A stretch of DNA of 64,000 nucleotides from Phaeosaccion multiseriatum. Lineage: Eukaryota; Protista; Ochrophyta, other classes. Numbering within the stretch: position 1 is the stretch's first letter; every line of letters begins with the position of its first letter. The notes under the pieces are model-generated. The model searched no databases, had not been told where the DNA came from, and saw nothing but the letters and a program-made list of their open reading frames with translations. The position numbers and the translations under genes are program-made. Shown here one piece after another: positions 37,339-49,514 of the stretch. Location: positions 1,612,001 to 1,676,000 of the forward strand of contig OZ218950.1 of the NCBI GenBank assembly GCA_965112735.1, given 5' to 3'.

Positions 37339-38434
37339 CACACAAACAGAGGAAGAGGGAGAGACATACACATACATATATAGGCAAGAAGATAAACGAG
37401 AAAAGGAGAAAGGAAAATAAGGAGATGAGAGAGATGTAGGAAGATGGGGGGGGGTGAAGAAGAGATCTGCCTGACGCGTAAGGAGAGGACATGTTTGACG
37501 CAGGGTGTTCCCAGAGCACCGCGCTCGTTATAGGTACACACCGCGCTCGTTATAGAAAAAGTGACATGTCATGTGTGTAGACATGAGGCAACCTTCCGCT
37601 CTGCCCCTCCAAAATGCATGGGAAAACAATCCCCCCTCCCCCCCCACCCCTCTTTCTGTGTGTCCTCTCTCTCTCGCTCTCTTCTCTCTCCCTCTATCCT
37701 CTCTTCTCCCCCACCTGCGGCGTGTAGCACGTCAAGGGCAAGTATGTCCCCATGCCCCGCCGCTCGGTGGACGCAGCACACGCCGTCGCTGTCCGGGATA
37801 TTCACGTCCGCGCCCGCTGACACGAGCTGCTGGGCAACGTCCTGCGAGGTGGAGGAAGGGGGAGAAGAAGGGGAGGGAGGGAGGAAGGAAGGGGAAATTA
37901 GTGTCTCGTGCTGTTGTATTCTGGGGAGACGTGTGTGCGTTTGCTGTAGAGGAAGAGGAGAGGAGGGGGTTGAAAGGAAGGGACAGATCAGAGAGAGCAT
38001 TACGAAGTATATGGGGGAGAGGGGAGGGGGAGATCCATTCAAATATTAGATGAGACAAAACGTGACTGTCGACATACCTGATGCCCAGTGATGAGGGCGA
38101 GAGCAACAGGGGTGACTCCCTTGGCATCTCTGGCGTTCACCACGCTAGGGTCGACTCCGCAAATCTCCAGCACCACCTTTACAATGTTCTCCCTCCCTTT
38201 ACTCGCGGCAAAGTGCAGCACTGTCCTCCCGTTGCCGTCCTTGGTGTGGGCCAGCACGTCCTTCTCACTGACGCTCTCCTCCCCCGGTTGATTGTGCTTA
38301 GCCACATAGTCCTTGAGCGTCTGCCGCAGCTTCGAATCCTCCCCTTCCTGGGCGTGGCTGAGCAGCTTGCTCACCAGGGCCTTGGTCTCCCTGGCAGCGT
38401 CGTACTTTTCGGTGTTGGTCGAGAAGGACGCCAT
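35093..38434 (-). CDS. Ankyrin-repeat plus C-terminal TPR protein, 8 exons
   Basis: Ankyrin motifs GRTVLHFAASKG, GVTPVALA, GTPLHWAAGEG, GLTALHVMAE; TPR motifs LKGQGNAFLQAG, LWSNRSAAYL, LKPDWVKACYR, YEEAAMSAWEGVQLD. Confidence 0.92.
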
Positions 38435-38614
38435 ATCTCCCTCCCCCCTTTCTTCTCTCTTTCTTCTGGATCGGCTTTGTGGTGAAGCGCCAGTTTCCAG
38501 TTTGAGGTCGGATGCGCATGTTTTGTGCATCCGTATACAATCGACGATCACCACCAGCGCCGTTCCTGATAGTTATATTCCTCAAGACTTCATCTTTACA
38601 ACCAAAACCAAACC

Positions 38615-40867
38615 ATGAAGTGTGCTGCCACCCTCGCCGTCCTCGCCACCCTCGGATCTGCCGCGGCCTTCACCGGACCGATGCTGTCGGCTCGGGCGCT
38701 GCCGGCCAGGGGAAGCGCCAGCTCAGCCATGAAGATGGCTGTGGACAGCGAGGACCCCAACTTTAAGGACGCATGGAAGAAGAAGGACTTCTGGATCGCG
38801 CCTTCCATCCTCTCCGCCGACATGGCCAAGCTGGGTCAAGAGGTGCGTGCGTCTTGTGCTGTGCCTGCTGGTGCTTTGCGAGCTGAGTTTCAGCGGGGGA
38901 GGAAGGAGGTTGGATGCTGTGGGGTTGCGGGGACAACGGCACACCGATTTGCCTTCGCCCGTCCCCTAGCCTCTATACGCTCTTAGCAAAGCCTCATTAT
39001 CGTCCTCCTTTCCCTTCCTTTTCCCTCCACCTCCCCCTCCATCATCCTCCTCCTCCTCCTCCTCCTCCTCCTCGTCACCTTGGCCCCAAAGGTGGACAAC
39101 GCGCTGGAGGCCGGTGCCGACATCGTGCACTTCGATGTGATGGACAACCACTACGTGCCCAACCTCACCATTGGCCCCCTGGTGTGCTCCGCCCTGCGCA
39201 AGCACGGAGTCACCAAGCCCATTGATGTGCACCTCATGGTCTCCCCCGTGGACCGCATTGTCGGCGACTTTGCCGAGGCAGGAGCGAGGTGAGAGAGAGA
39301 GAGAGAGGAGGCGGGGGTGGGCGGGGAGACGCATGGATGGGTATACTGTATACATGGAAGGAAGAGGTTGGGGAGGGGGGGGGGGGGGTAAGAACGGCGT
39401 TGCGCACTTCCCGACTCAACGTAGTCCGTGTGCAGGCGGTGCAGCATCCTTACGCAAGGAAGCCCCTCTCTGTCCCTGCTCCCCCTCCCTCTCACCCTCC
39501 CTCCCCCCCCACCCCTCTCTCTCCCTGCCTCTTCCTGTCTCTTTGCGTGTAATTGCTGCAGCTTCATCACCTTCCACCCCGAAGCATCCCCCCACGTGGA
39601 CCGCACGCTGCAGCTCATCCGCTCTCACGGGTGCAAGGCCGGCCTCGTGTTCAACCCCGCCACCTCCCTCGACCACGCCAAGTATGTGCTTGACAAGGTA
39701 AGAGACAAGAGACAGGTTGGCTCTGACTCTCACTCTGTCTCTCCCCCCCCCCCTAATGTCTCTCTCTCTTCATCTCTCCGCCCCTCTTTCTCCCTCCCTG
39801 CGTGCCTGCTTTTGCTTGTTGAGCATAGGTGGACATCATCCTCCTCATGTCTGTGAACCCCGGCTTCGGTGGACAGAGCTTCATTCCCTCCACCCTCGAC
39901 AAGCTCAAGGAGGCACGAAAAATGATCGACGAGAGCGGTAAGTGATGCGTGCGTCTAGTCAAGTAGCAATGGGAGGATGGAAATGGAACCAAGTCAAGAA
40001 GGGTGGGGATATATAAAGTGTCAATCCAAGAAGGATGGGACGAGCGAGGGCGAGGGTTATGAACGAAGAAAGAGGCTCTTGTCAATTATGATGGGAGCAG
40101 GGCACAGGAGAGAGAGAGAGAGAGAGGGGAGAGGAGGAGGGACAGAGGCAAGGGGCCGGCGGAGAGAAAGAGACAGACTCAGAGGAGGGCGGGAAGGCGC
40201 GAGCCAGTAAGTAGGGTATGGACGTCTTGATGTATGTGGGGCGTGAGTGACCGGCCTCTCCGGGCATGCTGATGACGTGACGGATGTCCTTCCTTGTTTG
40301 ATCTTTTGTGCCTACCTAACCGATTCGACATCCGCCTCGACTGGAATCACAGGCTACGACATTCGCCTGGAGGTGGACGGTGGTTGCGGAGTGGCAAACA
40401 TTAAGGAGATCGCTGAGGTGAGTGAGGGAGGGAGTGGGAGACTGAGTGAGGGCGAGAGAGAAGAGTGAGTGAATGAGGGAGGGAGGGTGGGAGGGAGAAA
40501 GAGAGGGAGAGAGTGAGTGAGTGAGCGGGGGCCCCGTATTGGCAGCAAAGGGCCGCTTCCCTATTCCCTACAATAACAACACCCCGTCCTGGCCCGCGTC
40601 GAGGCTATGTCTGACGCTGGCGTGATGCTTCTACCCTCCCTCTCCCTCTCCATGCTTTACTTGTCTCACGATCCCCTCCCTTCCGCTCCTCCTTCTCCTC
40701 CTCCTCCTCCTCCTCCTCCTTCTCCCCTTCTCCTCCTTCCCCCTCAGGCCGGAGCTGACATGTTCGTGGCAGGGTCAGCGGTGTTCAAGGACCCTCGCAC
40801 CAAGGAGGCATACGAGGAGACCATCAACCAGTTCAGGAAGGAGCTGGACGACTCCAAGACGGGTTAG
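38615..40867 (+). CDS. RPE: Plastid-targeted ribulose-phosphate 3-epimerase
   Basis: Bipartite presequence [21 protein letters not shown]; [72 protein letters not shown]; 6 exons. Confidence 0.97.
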
Positions 40868-41458
40868 AATGTGATATCATCGACGTAGATTATACAGATG
40901 AAGATGGGAGGATGAAGATGACGATGCGGCACGCACACACACACCAGACACACTAGATACACTCAGACGTAGACACTCTGACACATCCTTTTCTTTTACT
41001 CTGACCTTTATTATAGAGGGGGGAGAGGGGCGATATTATTTATACATGTATATCCCATTACGAATAGAAAACTCACTAATATTGCCACTGTATCACCACA
41101 CTTACTACACCGTCGGTTGTTGTTGCTTTGGGGAAGAATGGGAAGAAGGCCCCCCTCGTAGCGCCACACACCGGAGGGTGCGAGTGAGCCGGTGCCCACT
41201 CCATGCCAACTCCATTACTCTTTGGGGTCGCCCACGCACCCACGCGCCGGTGTAGCTCAGAGCTCCGCATGCCACCCCGCCCTCGCTGCTCTTGGGGCCA
41301 AGTCTCCCTGTCCTCCCCCTCCTCCTTCCCTCCACCCTCCGGAGAACGTTCCGGAGCCCTGCCCGTGGGGCTGATGGTCCAGCGGATTGAGTTGATTGCG
41401 GTTCGCCGAAGCAAACGGCTCTTGCAGTGAGAGTCCCAGCTGCAGGGAGTCGTCGGTG

Positions 41459-41740
41459 TTAACGTCGATCCCATCGCATTGACGCATGAGGCCGGCTTCC
41501 GAACTTCCAAACATCGACACCATGACGTGCGTCGACATGCTCCACCACAGCCTCGATAGACGGAAGCCGATGCGAATGGCCGTTCGTCCGTTCGCATTGG
41601 CTCTCGTTGCAGTAGGCGTAGTGTGACCAACCTGTCGTCACGTGGGCACGATGCTTGTCTCTAACATGGTCGATGATGGACTGTGCAGTAGCGCCGTTCG
41701 CCCACCCGAAGCCGCACTCGCACTGCCACACACAAGACAT
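41459..41740 (-). CDS. Small intronless ORF with two C2H2-like zinc-binding motifs
   Basis: CEC...QSIIDHVRDKH and CNESQC...SIEAVVEHVDARH in a 93-aa ATG-initiated ORF of normal complexity; the two halves resemble each other. Confidence 0.5.
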   Translation of the reverse strand: MSCVWQCECGFGWANGATAQSIIDHVRDKHRAHVTTGWSHYAYCNESQCERTNGHSHRLPSIEAVVEHVDARHGVDVWKFGSRPHASMRWDRR

Positions 41741-42194
41741 GAGATGGATGGATGTATTGTAGAAAATAAAAAGGTCACCATTCTCCGGGGGAGGGTGGGA
41801 GGCGTGCCTCTAATTGCCGCGGGTGCGTATGAGGGGCACACGCACGCCGCACGCACGCACGCACGCACACACGCACGGTTTTATAGCATTAGCGAAGGTG
41901 TCGGTTGGTAGCTGATCATGTTGCTCGCTCATTCATTCATCCCTTCCACAGCAACCAGCGGGCAGGCGCAGGACGTCAGCAAGCAGTGAGAGAGGTCCCT
42001 GCGCCTGCTTCACGAGCGTTCCTTCCCATGAGCTCCGCCAGAGAGAGGCTCTGTGGTTGGCCTGTGAGTGTAGCACACAGACAGGCAACTCTCACTCAAA
42101 CTCAAACGATTGCTGTAATTGCAATCGCAATTCCAAAGGCTCTTGCTGTTCGCCATGGAAGCACAAGCACTAGAACCGGTCCCGATCGGTTGCT

Positions 42195-45100
42195 TCACCA
42201 TCCGTCACCGATAACCACATCATCCTCCTCGCTTCGAAATCGCGTCCTCTGATGCGGTTGCTGCTGCTGCTGCTGCTGGTGCTGCTGCCCCCCCTCTGGC
42301 TTCCCTGCTGATGCTTCATGAATGTCTGACAGGCGACGCTCCCTCCCCTCATGATGCTGTGGGTACTCACGCCGGGGGCTGAAGCTCCTGGGACTCATGG
42401 CAATGCCCCTGCTCCTCAGAAACGCATCCAGATCCTCCTCTTCCTCCTCCCCTTCCTCCCTCTCGGTCTCATCAGCCTCAGTCCGTCGACGCCCAGACCG
42501 CTTGTGTCCTCGCCCTTGCCCTCTGCTGCTGCCGATGCTGCTGCTGCTGCTGCCGATGCTGCTGCTGCTGCTGCTGCTGATGCTGCTGCGGAAGAGGGCC
42601 TGCGCCTTATCGTCGCCACCTGCCCCCCCTTCCCACGCGCCCTCCTGCTCAGATCGCTCCGTCCCTTCTTTCTCCCATCCACTTTCAAACTCTAACTCGC
42701 TCACCAAATCAAAGAGGGAATCTTCGAAGAAGCCTCCAACCGGTAAGAGCAGGTCACCACTACCACTACTACCACCACCACCACCACCACCTCCCCCTCC
42801 TCCTCCTCGTCCTCCTCCGCCTGTTCCTCCTCCCCCCCCCCCTCGGCCCTCTCTTTGCCTCACTCTTGGAGAGATCGACGAGACTGACGGTGCCTTGCTC
42901 TGCCATTCTCTACTCTCCGTCCTCCCCGCCCTTGCAAATCGTTCGCCCCCCCCGCCATCCCCTGCGGTTGTGGGGAACAGAGACTCGTCACCAACATCGT
43001 AGTCGTCGTCTCCATCCTGCTCCTCGATCCAGCCTGCGTCTGCTTCTGCTTCTGCTGCTGTATCACCAACTCGTGGTGCTCCAGCACCCTGTCTCCTCGG
43101 CAAGCCTCCCTCTCCTCCCGCCCTTCGCCCCCCCCCCCTCGATTCTCCTCCTCCTCCTCCTCCTCCTCCACCAGCAGCAGTGCCTGACCGCGAAGAAACA
43201 TACGCTGCCTCTGCCGCAGAAAAGCGATCGTTGCGCGACGACTTGTGCGACTGCTGCAGATTTTGCCGCTTTCTTCGAACGCCTGGCCCTGCTGACCAGG
43301 CCGGTCGCTGCGGCTGCTGCTGCTGGTGGTGGTGGTGGTGGAGATGGTGGAGGTGGTGATCTTCACCTTTCCTTTCCCCTAGAGCTCTGGGAGGGGGGGG
43401 CTGTCCACCCCTCCTTTGCTGCTCGTCTGCCGCTATTGCTGCTGCTGCTGGTGGTTTTGTCGTCGCCTTCCCTTCCAAAGAGCTTATTGTCGTGGTCCCT
43501 GCGGAAGTCAAACTCCCTCCGCTCCACCTCAAGTCGTCTTGAACACCTCGATTTCCCTGCTGCCCATACGCCTTCCCCTGCTGCCGTGTACCGTTGGGTA
43601 GAGGTCGTCGTGGCGGTGGTGGTGACATGGAGCCGCTGTCAGCGACACCATCGGTATCTGCATGGGCGGAAGAGGAACTTCCTGCCCTCGCTGCCCCGCC
43701 TGCTCCTCTTCCACCACCGGTACTACTGCCTTTTCTTTGCCGCTTCATCGTCCGTCCTTCCGTTGTTCCTGCTCCTCTTGATGCCCTCCCCTCCCTCTCT
43801 ACTGGAGACAGAGCTCCTCGGGACGGAACATTAGCCCCCCCACCCGAGGATGCATCAATGGGCCCCCAAGAAGATGTTGGGGACCCAAGCAGTACTGTCG
43901 AAGATCTGCCCCCTCCCTCTGTCTCCGCCCAATTGCCGCCTCCTCTACTCATTCCTCTGCTGCTGTCGTCCTCGTCTTGCTCTCTCAGCTGCCGCTGCTG
44001 TGTCCCTCTTCCCTCTCCTCCGCCATCAGTTCCGCTCTTGCGGGCAGCAGCTGCTGCGGCCGTACTCTCCGAAAGCCTCCCCGACCCAGAGCGCGAACTA
44101 GGCTCTCCTCCTATCCAAGCCATCCCGCCGGGTGGTAGCAAATCAAAGCTGGGCCTCACAACAGGGATGACAAAGGCCTGCTCCACAACCGCACCTTTGC
44201 GGTCATCGACACTGACTCCTTCCCCTTCCCCTTCCTCTTCCCCACCACCACCACCACCTCCTCCTCCTCCTCCTCCTCCTCCTCCTCCTCCTCCTCCTCC
44301 TCCCCCCCTTGGTGCCTGCTTGACCCTCAACAGAGCCAATTCTTGCTTCAACACATCTACTTGCGCCTGTAAGGCCCTCGCCTCTACACGGTCGAGTCGC
44401 CCCTTGTTTCCTCCACCACTCTCTCTTTCAAGGCCGCCCTCGCCGCCGCTGTGCCGACCATCCTCTCCACCCCTCTCTCCCTTCCGCAGCGTGTCGCCGT
44501 TGATACCGTCCTCCTCGTCCTCCTCCTCTTGCTCCTCCTCCTTCCTCTGCTGCAGCTGCTGGTGGCGGTACTTTAATCCCTCTTCCTTGAGCTTGTGCGC
44601 CATCATCTCCTGCTTTTGACGCTCAATCTCCCTGCTCCGCACGGCCGCCAGCTCTGTCTCTGACTGGTCAAGCTTCTCCCGGAGCAGCGCAAGCTCTTTC
44701 GCCTGTTCACAAGCCTCGTCCTCGGCTTCCTTGCGACAGGTCGTCAGCAGCTGCTGGATCTCTAGTATCTCCTTTCGCGCTGCTTCCCTGTGGGTATGTA
44801 TGTATGTATGTATGTATGTATGTATGTATGTATGTATGTATGTATGTATGTATGTATGTATGTGTATGTATGTATGTATGCATGCATTTATGTATGTATG
44901 TATTATATACATAGGTATGTATGTGTGCATGTATGTGTGTATGTACGTATGTGTATTGACGAAGAAACGGGGCTGAGGAGCGGGGTCTGGGGGCATTCTC
45001 GACAATCATCATCACCACCGTCATCAGGAGGAAGACATGCCACTCCACCCCACTCCAGTCCACTCAACTCCACACCACAGCATTCCGCTCCAGTCCACTC

Positions 45101-45695
45101 CTCTCCCTTCCCTCTTACCGCTCTTCGCCTCGCCTTCGCTTGGCCTCATCCTCAGCCTTACGGAGCGCGTCTTTGTGTCCTTCCTGCCCCTCCTCAAGCT
45201 GTCTAATGCGCTGCCTCAGACCCTCGTCTGCAGAGGCTTCTTCGTCTCGTCGTTGCCTATCGAGTGCGTGTGTGCGTGTGTGGGTGCGTGCGTGCGTGCG
45301 TATGGTGTGGGTGGAAAGCGTAAGACTTGTATATACCGTATCTCTTCGCGTATCTCTTCGGTTCAACCACCCCTACGGCATAAGCATCCGCGCCATCATC
45401 ATCAACAGCAGCAGAAGTTGGTGATGCGGCAGCTGAAGCCTCCCACCACAACATCCAGTCCTAACCCTCCCCCCCCCCTTCCCATCAAGGTAGCTCTCCC
45501 TCCACATATCCACACACAAACCTCACCTCGCCTTCTCCCTCTCCTCCTCCGTGAGCTGCACCAGCCTGGCTACCTCATCATCGAGCTCTCTCACTCTGGC
45601 GTCGTGCTGCAGCTGAATGCGTCTCTGCTGCTCGAAGGCCTCCGCCAAGGCTTCGTCTCGGTGGCCCTCTTGCTCCTGCAGCCGACCAACCTGGC

Positions 45696-45728
<33 letters not shown>

Positions 45729-46981
45729 CGTGTATGTACACGTGCACGCATTTGTACGTGTGGAGGGAGGGAGGGGGGGGGGGGGCAGGATGTGGGGGTA
45801 CAGTCAGCTCCCTTCACAGCCAACCCGCCGCGAACACAACAACAAAATACGTTGTTTGTTTGCTTGTTTGTTTGTTTGCCTCACTTACGTACCTTCTCGT
45901 GGTACTTGCGTAGGAGGCCCAGGGCCTGATTAAACTTTGATTTGATGCCTCCCATCTCTCGGATAATGTCGCCGTTCTGCGCCCGAAGCTTGGTGAGACG
46001 GGCAGTGAGCTTCACCACCTCGTCCTGTCCGTCGGCTACTTGCTGGATCAGCTTTGCCACCTTCACCTGTAAGGATGGATGGTGATTTATGGTGTTGCAG
46101 TACAGGTAGACTTAGTAGAAGGGGCGGGGGAGGAACGTGGAAGGAGAACACACACATACACACACACATACATACATACATACATACATACATACACGCA
46201 CACACACTTACTTCACATAACACACAAAGTACACACAGAACCCCTGTAAAAGAGGGAGAACGAAGAAGAACGCGCACATTGTAAGCCAGCCGGGGCTTGG
46301 CCGCCAATGAGTTTGGTCCCCATGAAACCCTCTCCTCCTCTCCCATCTCTTCTCCTCTTCCTGTCTCTCTATCCCTCCCTCTCTCTTTCTCTCTCCCATA
46401 CGCACCTTATCCTCCTGGCAGAGCTCAGCGAGGCGCGCCCCGCCGCCGTCCCCATCCACTACCATCGCCGCTACAGCCGCCGCCGCCGCCGCCGCTGCGG
46501 CCCCTTTGGACTGAGATTGAGAAGTGCCCGAGGAGGAAGCCCGTCTGCTTTCGACGCGTTCTCCATTTACGCCCTTGCCTCCACTACCGCGACCACCACC
46601 ACCACCACCAACACCACCACCACCACCACCGCCGCCGCCGCCGTTACTGCCGCCCCTTTTCCGAGAGCGAGCGTCACTGGAGGAAGTGGCTCCCCCTTGC
46701 TGCCCACCGCTCCCCACAGGCCCAACCCCGCTCCCTCTCATTGTAGCCGAGGTCACAGGCACGCGTAGAGCTCCCTGCGGTGCACTAATTGCTTGGCCCC
46801 CACCAGCCCCAGCCCCACTTCCGTTAGAGGCTTGCGCGGTGGCGGAAAGAGAGAGAGCTGGCCCTGCTCCTTGTGCGTTTGTCGCCGCCTCCAAGGGTTG
46901 ACGCTCTGTCTTGCCCTGGACCTCGGAGCTAACAGAGCTGAAGAGAGGAGCAGGAGGGGAGAGGTCACTGGTGTACTGCTC

Positions 46982-47012
<31 letters not shown>

Positions 47013-47614
47013 CTCTGTATGACTAACTTCTCCTGATCCTGCATCGCCGATGGTGGTGGTTGGCCAGTAAGTCCTCCTCCGGCCTCCACATCATCCCCTG
47101 CTCTGAAAAAAGAGCCGTCGATAGAAGCGTCCGACCCTTCCCTTCCCGCGCCCTCTCCTGCTGACACACCACTCCCAACAAATTGCGGCTGCGCGTTCCC
47201 CGTGCCGGTGCCACCTCCCGGTGTGCCAAACAAATCCGTAGGCCCTCGCGAGGGAGAATATCCATTCGAGCTTGTTGGCACTCCTGCCGCTACTGCTGCC
47301 CCGTCTGCCGCAGCACTCGTGGTGGTCGACGGAGAGGCGGAGGCGTACTTGGCCATTATTGACGACAGTGCCGAGGCGGAGGGGGGAGATGGTAACCCTA
47401 CCGTGGACATGAGGTCGAAGGGAGAGGTGGAAGCTGTAATAGAGAGAGGGGCCGTTGGAGTGCCCATGATGCGCCTGCTGTCGATGTTGTCGCGCTTGAG
47501 CAGCTTCACTTGCGTCACCTTCTTCTCTCCACGTGATCCAGTGATGTATTGGCTCCTTTCCTCCAGCTCAGCCCTGAACGTCACCCGCCTCGACGAACTA
47601 TCTCTTCTACTCAT
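42195..47614 (-). CDS. Large disordered/coiled-coil protein with hinderin (KIAA1328)-like domain
   Basis: Exons about 47614-46406, 46066-45892, 45690-45527, ~45266-45117, 44788-42195. Spliced segment LAELCQEDK/VKVAKLIQQV...QNGDIIREM...ALGLLRKY resembles, from memory, the conserved KIAA1328 block (L.DLC.EDK..IA.LI...QN..II.E...LL..Y). Confidence 0.7.
44794..44955. repeat. (TATG)n intronic microsatellite
   Basis: Read directly. Confidence 0.95.
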
Positions 47615-47880
47615 TCGTTCTGCTGGAGATCAAGGGGCTTGCAAAGACCCTTTCTCCTGATATTCGATAGATCTTCTCCTCGTCCTCGGTTAACATGAAA
47701 GCGTTCATCCTGAAGTACGATAACCATGGCTTTCAGCCCGTCCCTCCCATTGTATTTACTGCCACTGTATCTTCTCCATCAAGTCTGTGTTGAATTTTTC
47801 GACCAACTGCGCAAGTTCAGATTGTTAAAAGCTGGCGGAAGCGTTGCTTTGGGTCTGCGGAGCTCACTTCCAACAGCGCC

Positions 47881-49003
47881 ATGATGGTCCCCCTGGTGCT
47901 CCTGTTCACTCTGTTTGCATCATGCGGGGCTTTCGCTCCTTCTACTCTGCTTCAGCAGAGCTCTAGGACGCTGGCGGCAACACGGGGACCTTCAGCCTCG
48001 ATGCACGGGAGCAGGAGCAGGAGCAGCTGCAGGAGCAGCTGCAAGAGGGCGAGGGGCGGATGGGCAGGGCCATCGAGTAGACTCAGAATGGCAGAGGTCG
48101 AAGAGACCATGATCCTTACAGAGGAGAATGTGGAAGCGTGCTTAGAGGGCTGCAGAAAGGATCTGGGGACTCTGTTTGGATACGAGTGAGTAGTGAGGGA
48201 ATGAAGGAGGCAAACGAGATTCGTGTCGGCTCCTTATCTCCTCTCTCCCTGCTGCTAGCACGTGCCTCTCTAGGCTCTGCTTCCATTGCAGAAGGCTTGC
48301 ACAAGGACTTGGAAGGTCTACATGATCCCTTACCTCCCCCTCCCCCCCCCCCTCGCCTCGACACCCACCCCCCAAGCCCTGAGAACCAGAAGGTAGGCAT
48401 CACAGGACAGGTGGATTTGGTGGAGATGGACGGGCCGGGAGTCGTCATCGCACTCAAAGGCCGCTTTTGGCACGAGCGTACTGCGGTGTTGGCGCGGGTC
48501 ACCAACTACATGTGAGTGATGTGCGGGAGATTGGGGTATCAGATTGGGGCCTGGGCATGGCTCGTGGAGGCGCCGGTGTTGCTGTCGATAGTCGTGACTA
48601 GCGTATGTCGGGTGCAGGTGGAGTTTAGTTGTGCCCGAGGGATCCGCTTCCTGACCCTCGCTGCTCTCCCTCACCTCCCTGCTATCCCTCGCCCTCGCTA
48701 TCATTTTGCTCTCCTTCCCCCGTACTGTGTCACTGCCATTGGGTCATTGGCATTCTCATTGCGAACCAATTCGATCCTATCAAATCTACTGGCCTTGCCT
48801 TTCCCTTGCCCTGCCTTGCTTGCCTGGCCTGTCCTTGCCTGGCCTTTCCTGGCTTGAACAAACAAATCAGCACACAACGTATTCCCGAGTGCATCGAGGT
48901 GAACGTTTCAGATCCCAGCATGCTCTCTGAAGAGATCAACCCGCAGGACAGCCTCAGCGACGACGACGAGCCCGTGCCAGAGCCCCACAACGCCCCCTGG
49001 TGA
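47881..49003 (+). CDS. Plastid-targeted NifU C-terminal-fold-like protein lacking CxxC
   Basis: Signal peptide plus ASAFAP-type motif (SCGA-FAP); exons 47881-48185, 48377-48511, 48871-49003 give LTEENVEACL...VGITGQVDLVEMDGPGVVIALKGRFWHERTAVLARVTNYITQRIPECIEV. Confidence 0.82.
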
Positions 49004-49514
49004 GGACCGATAGACTGAAAGGATGAAACGACCAGTGGTGTGCGGTTTCAGGCCTGTCTGAAACTGCGACTGGTGCTGATAAGTGATAGAGAGCCCGGGT
49101 CAGACCCAGCAAAGGCCCCTTGGTGATCGACAATTGGTGGTACGGTTGAAGGTCTGAAACTGAGACTGAAACGGAGGATTCTTGATAGCGGGGGGAGGGG
49201 GGGGGAGGGCGACAGGCAGGGGCGCGGTGATTCATGAAACAGAGGGAGGCGCGCAGGTACCAGCCAGGTTTACAGTTAGTGAAGATATGTATTTTAATTA
49301 AAAAAAATAAGACTTATAACTACGTAAAAAGAAAAAAAATCCGGCAGGAGGCCTCCTCCTTGCTGCTGCTGCTACTGCTCGTTGCTTCCCGCCCCACAAG
49401 CTCGACAAAGCCAGAGATAAGAAGCAGACACATGTCGTCGTAAACCTGCACCATCTATCCTCAAAACCGATCAATCTATACACAAAAGAACGGCCCTTAC
49501 TGACACGGCCATCC

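Noticed and set aside
41257-41538. ORF ending in HAEL as an ER protein
   Set aside because: No signal peptide; overlaps the zinc-finger-like ORF in another frame.
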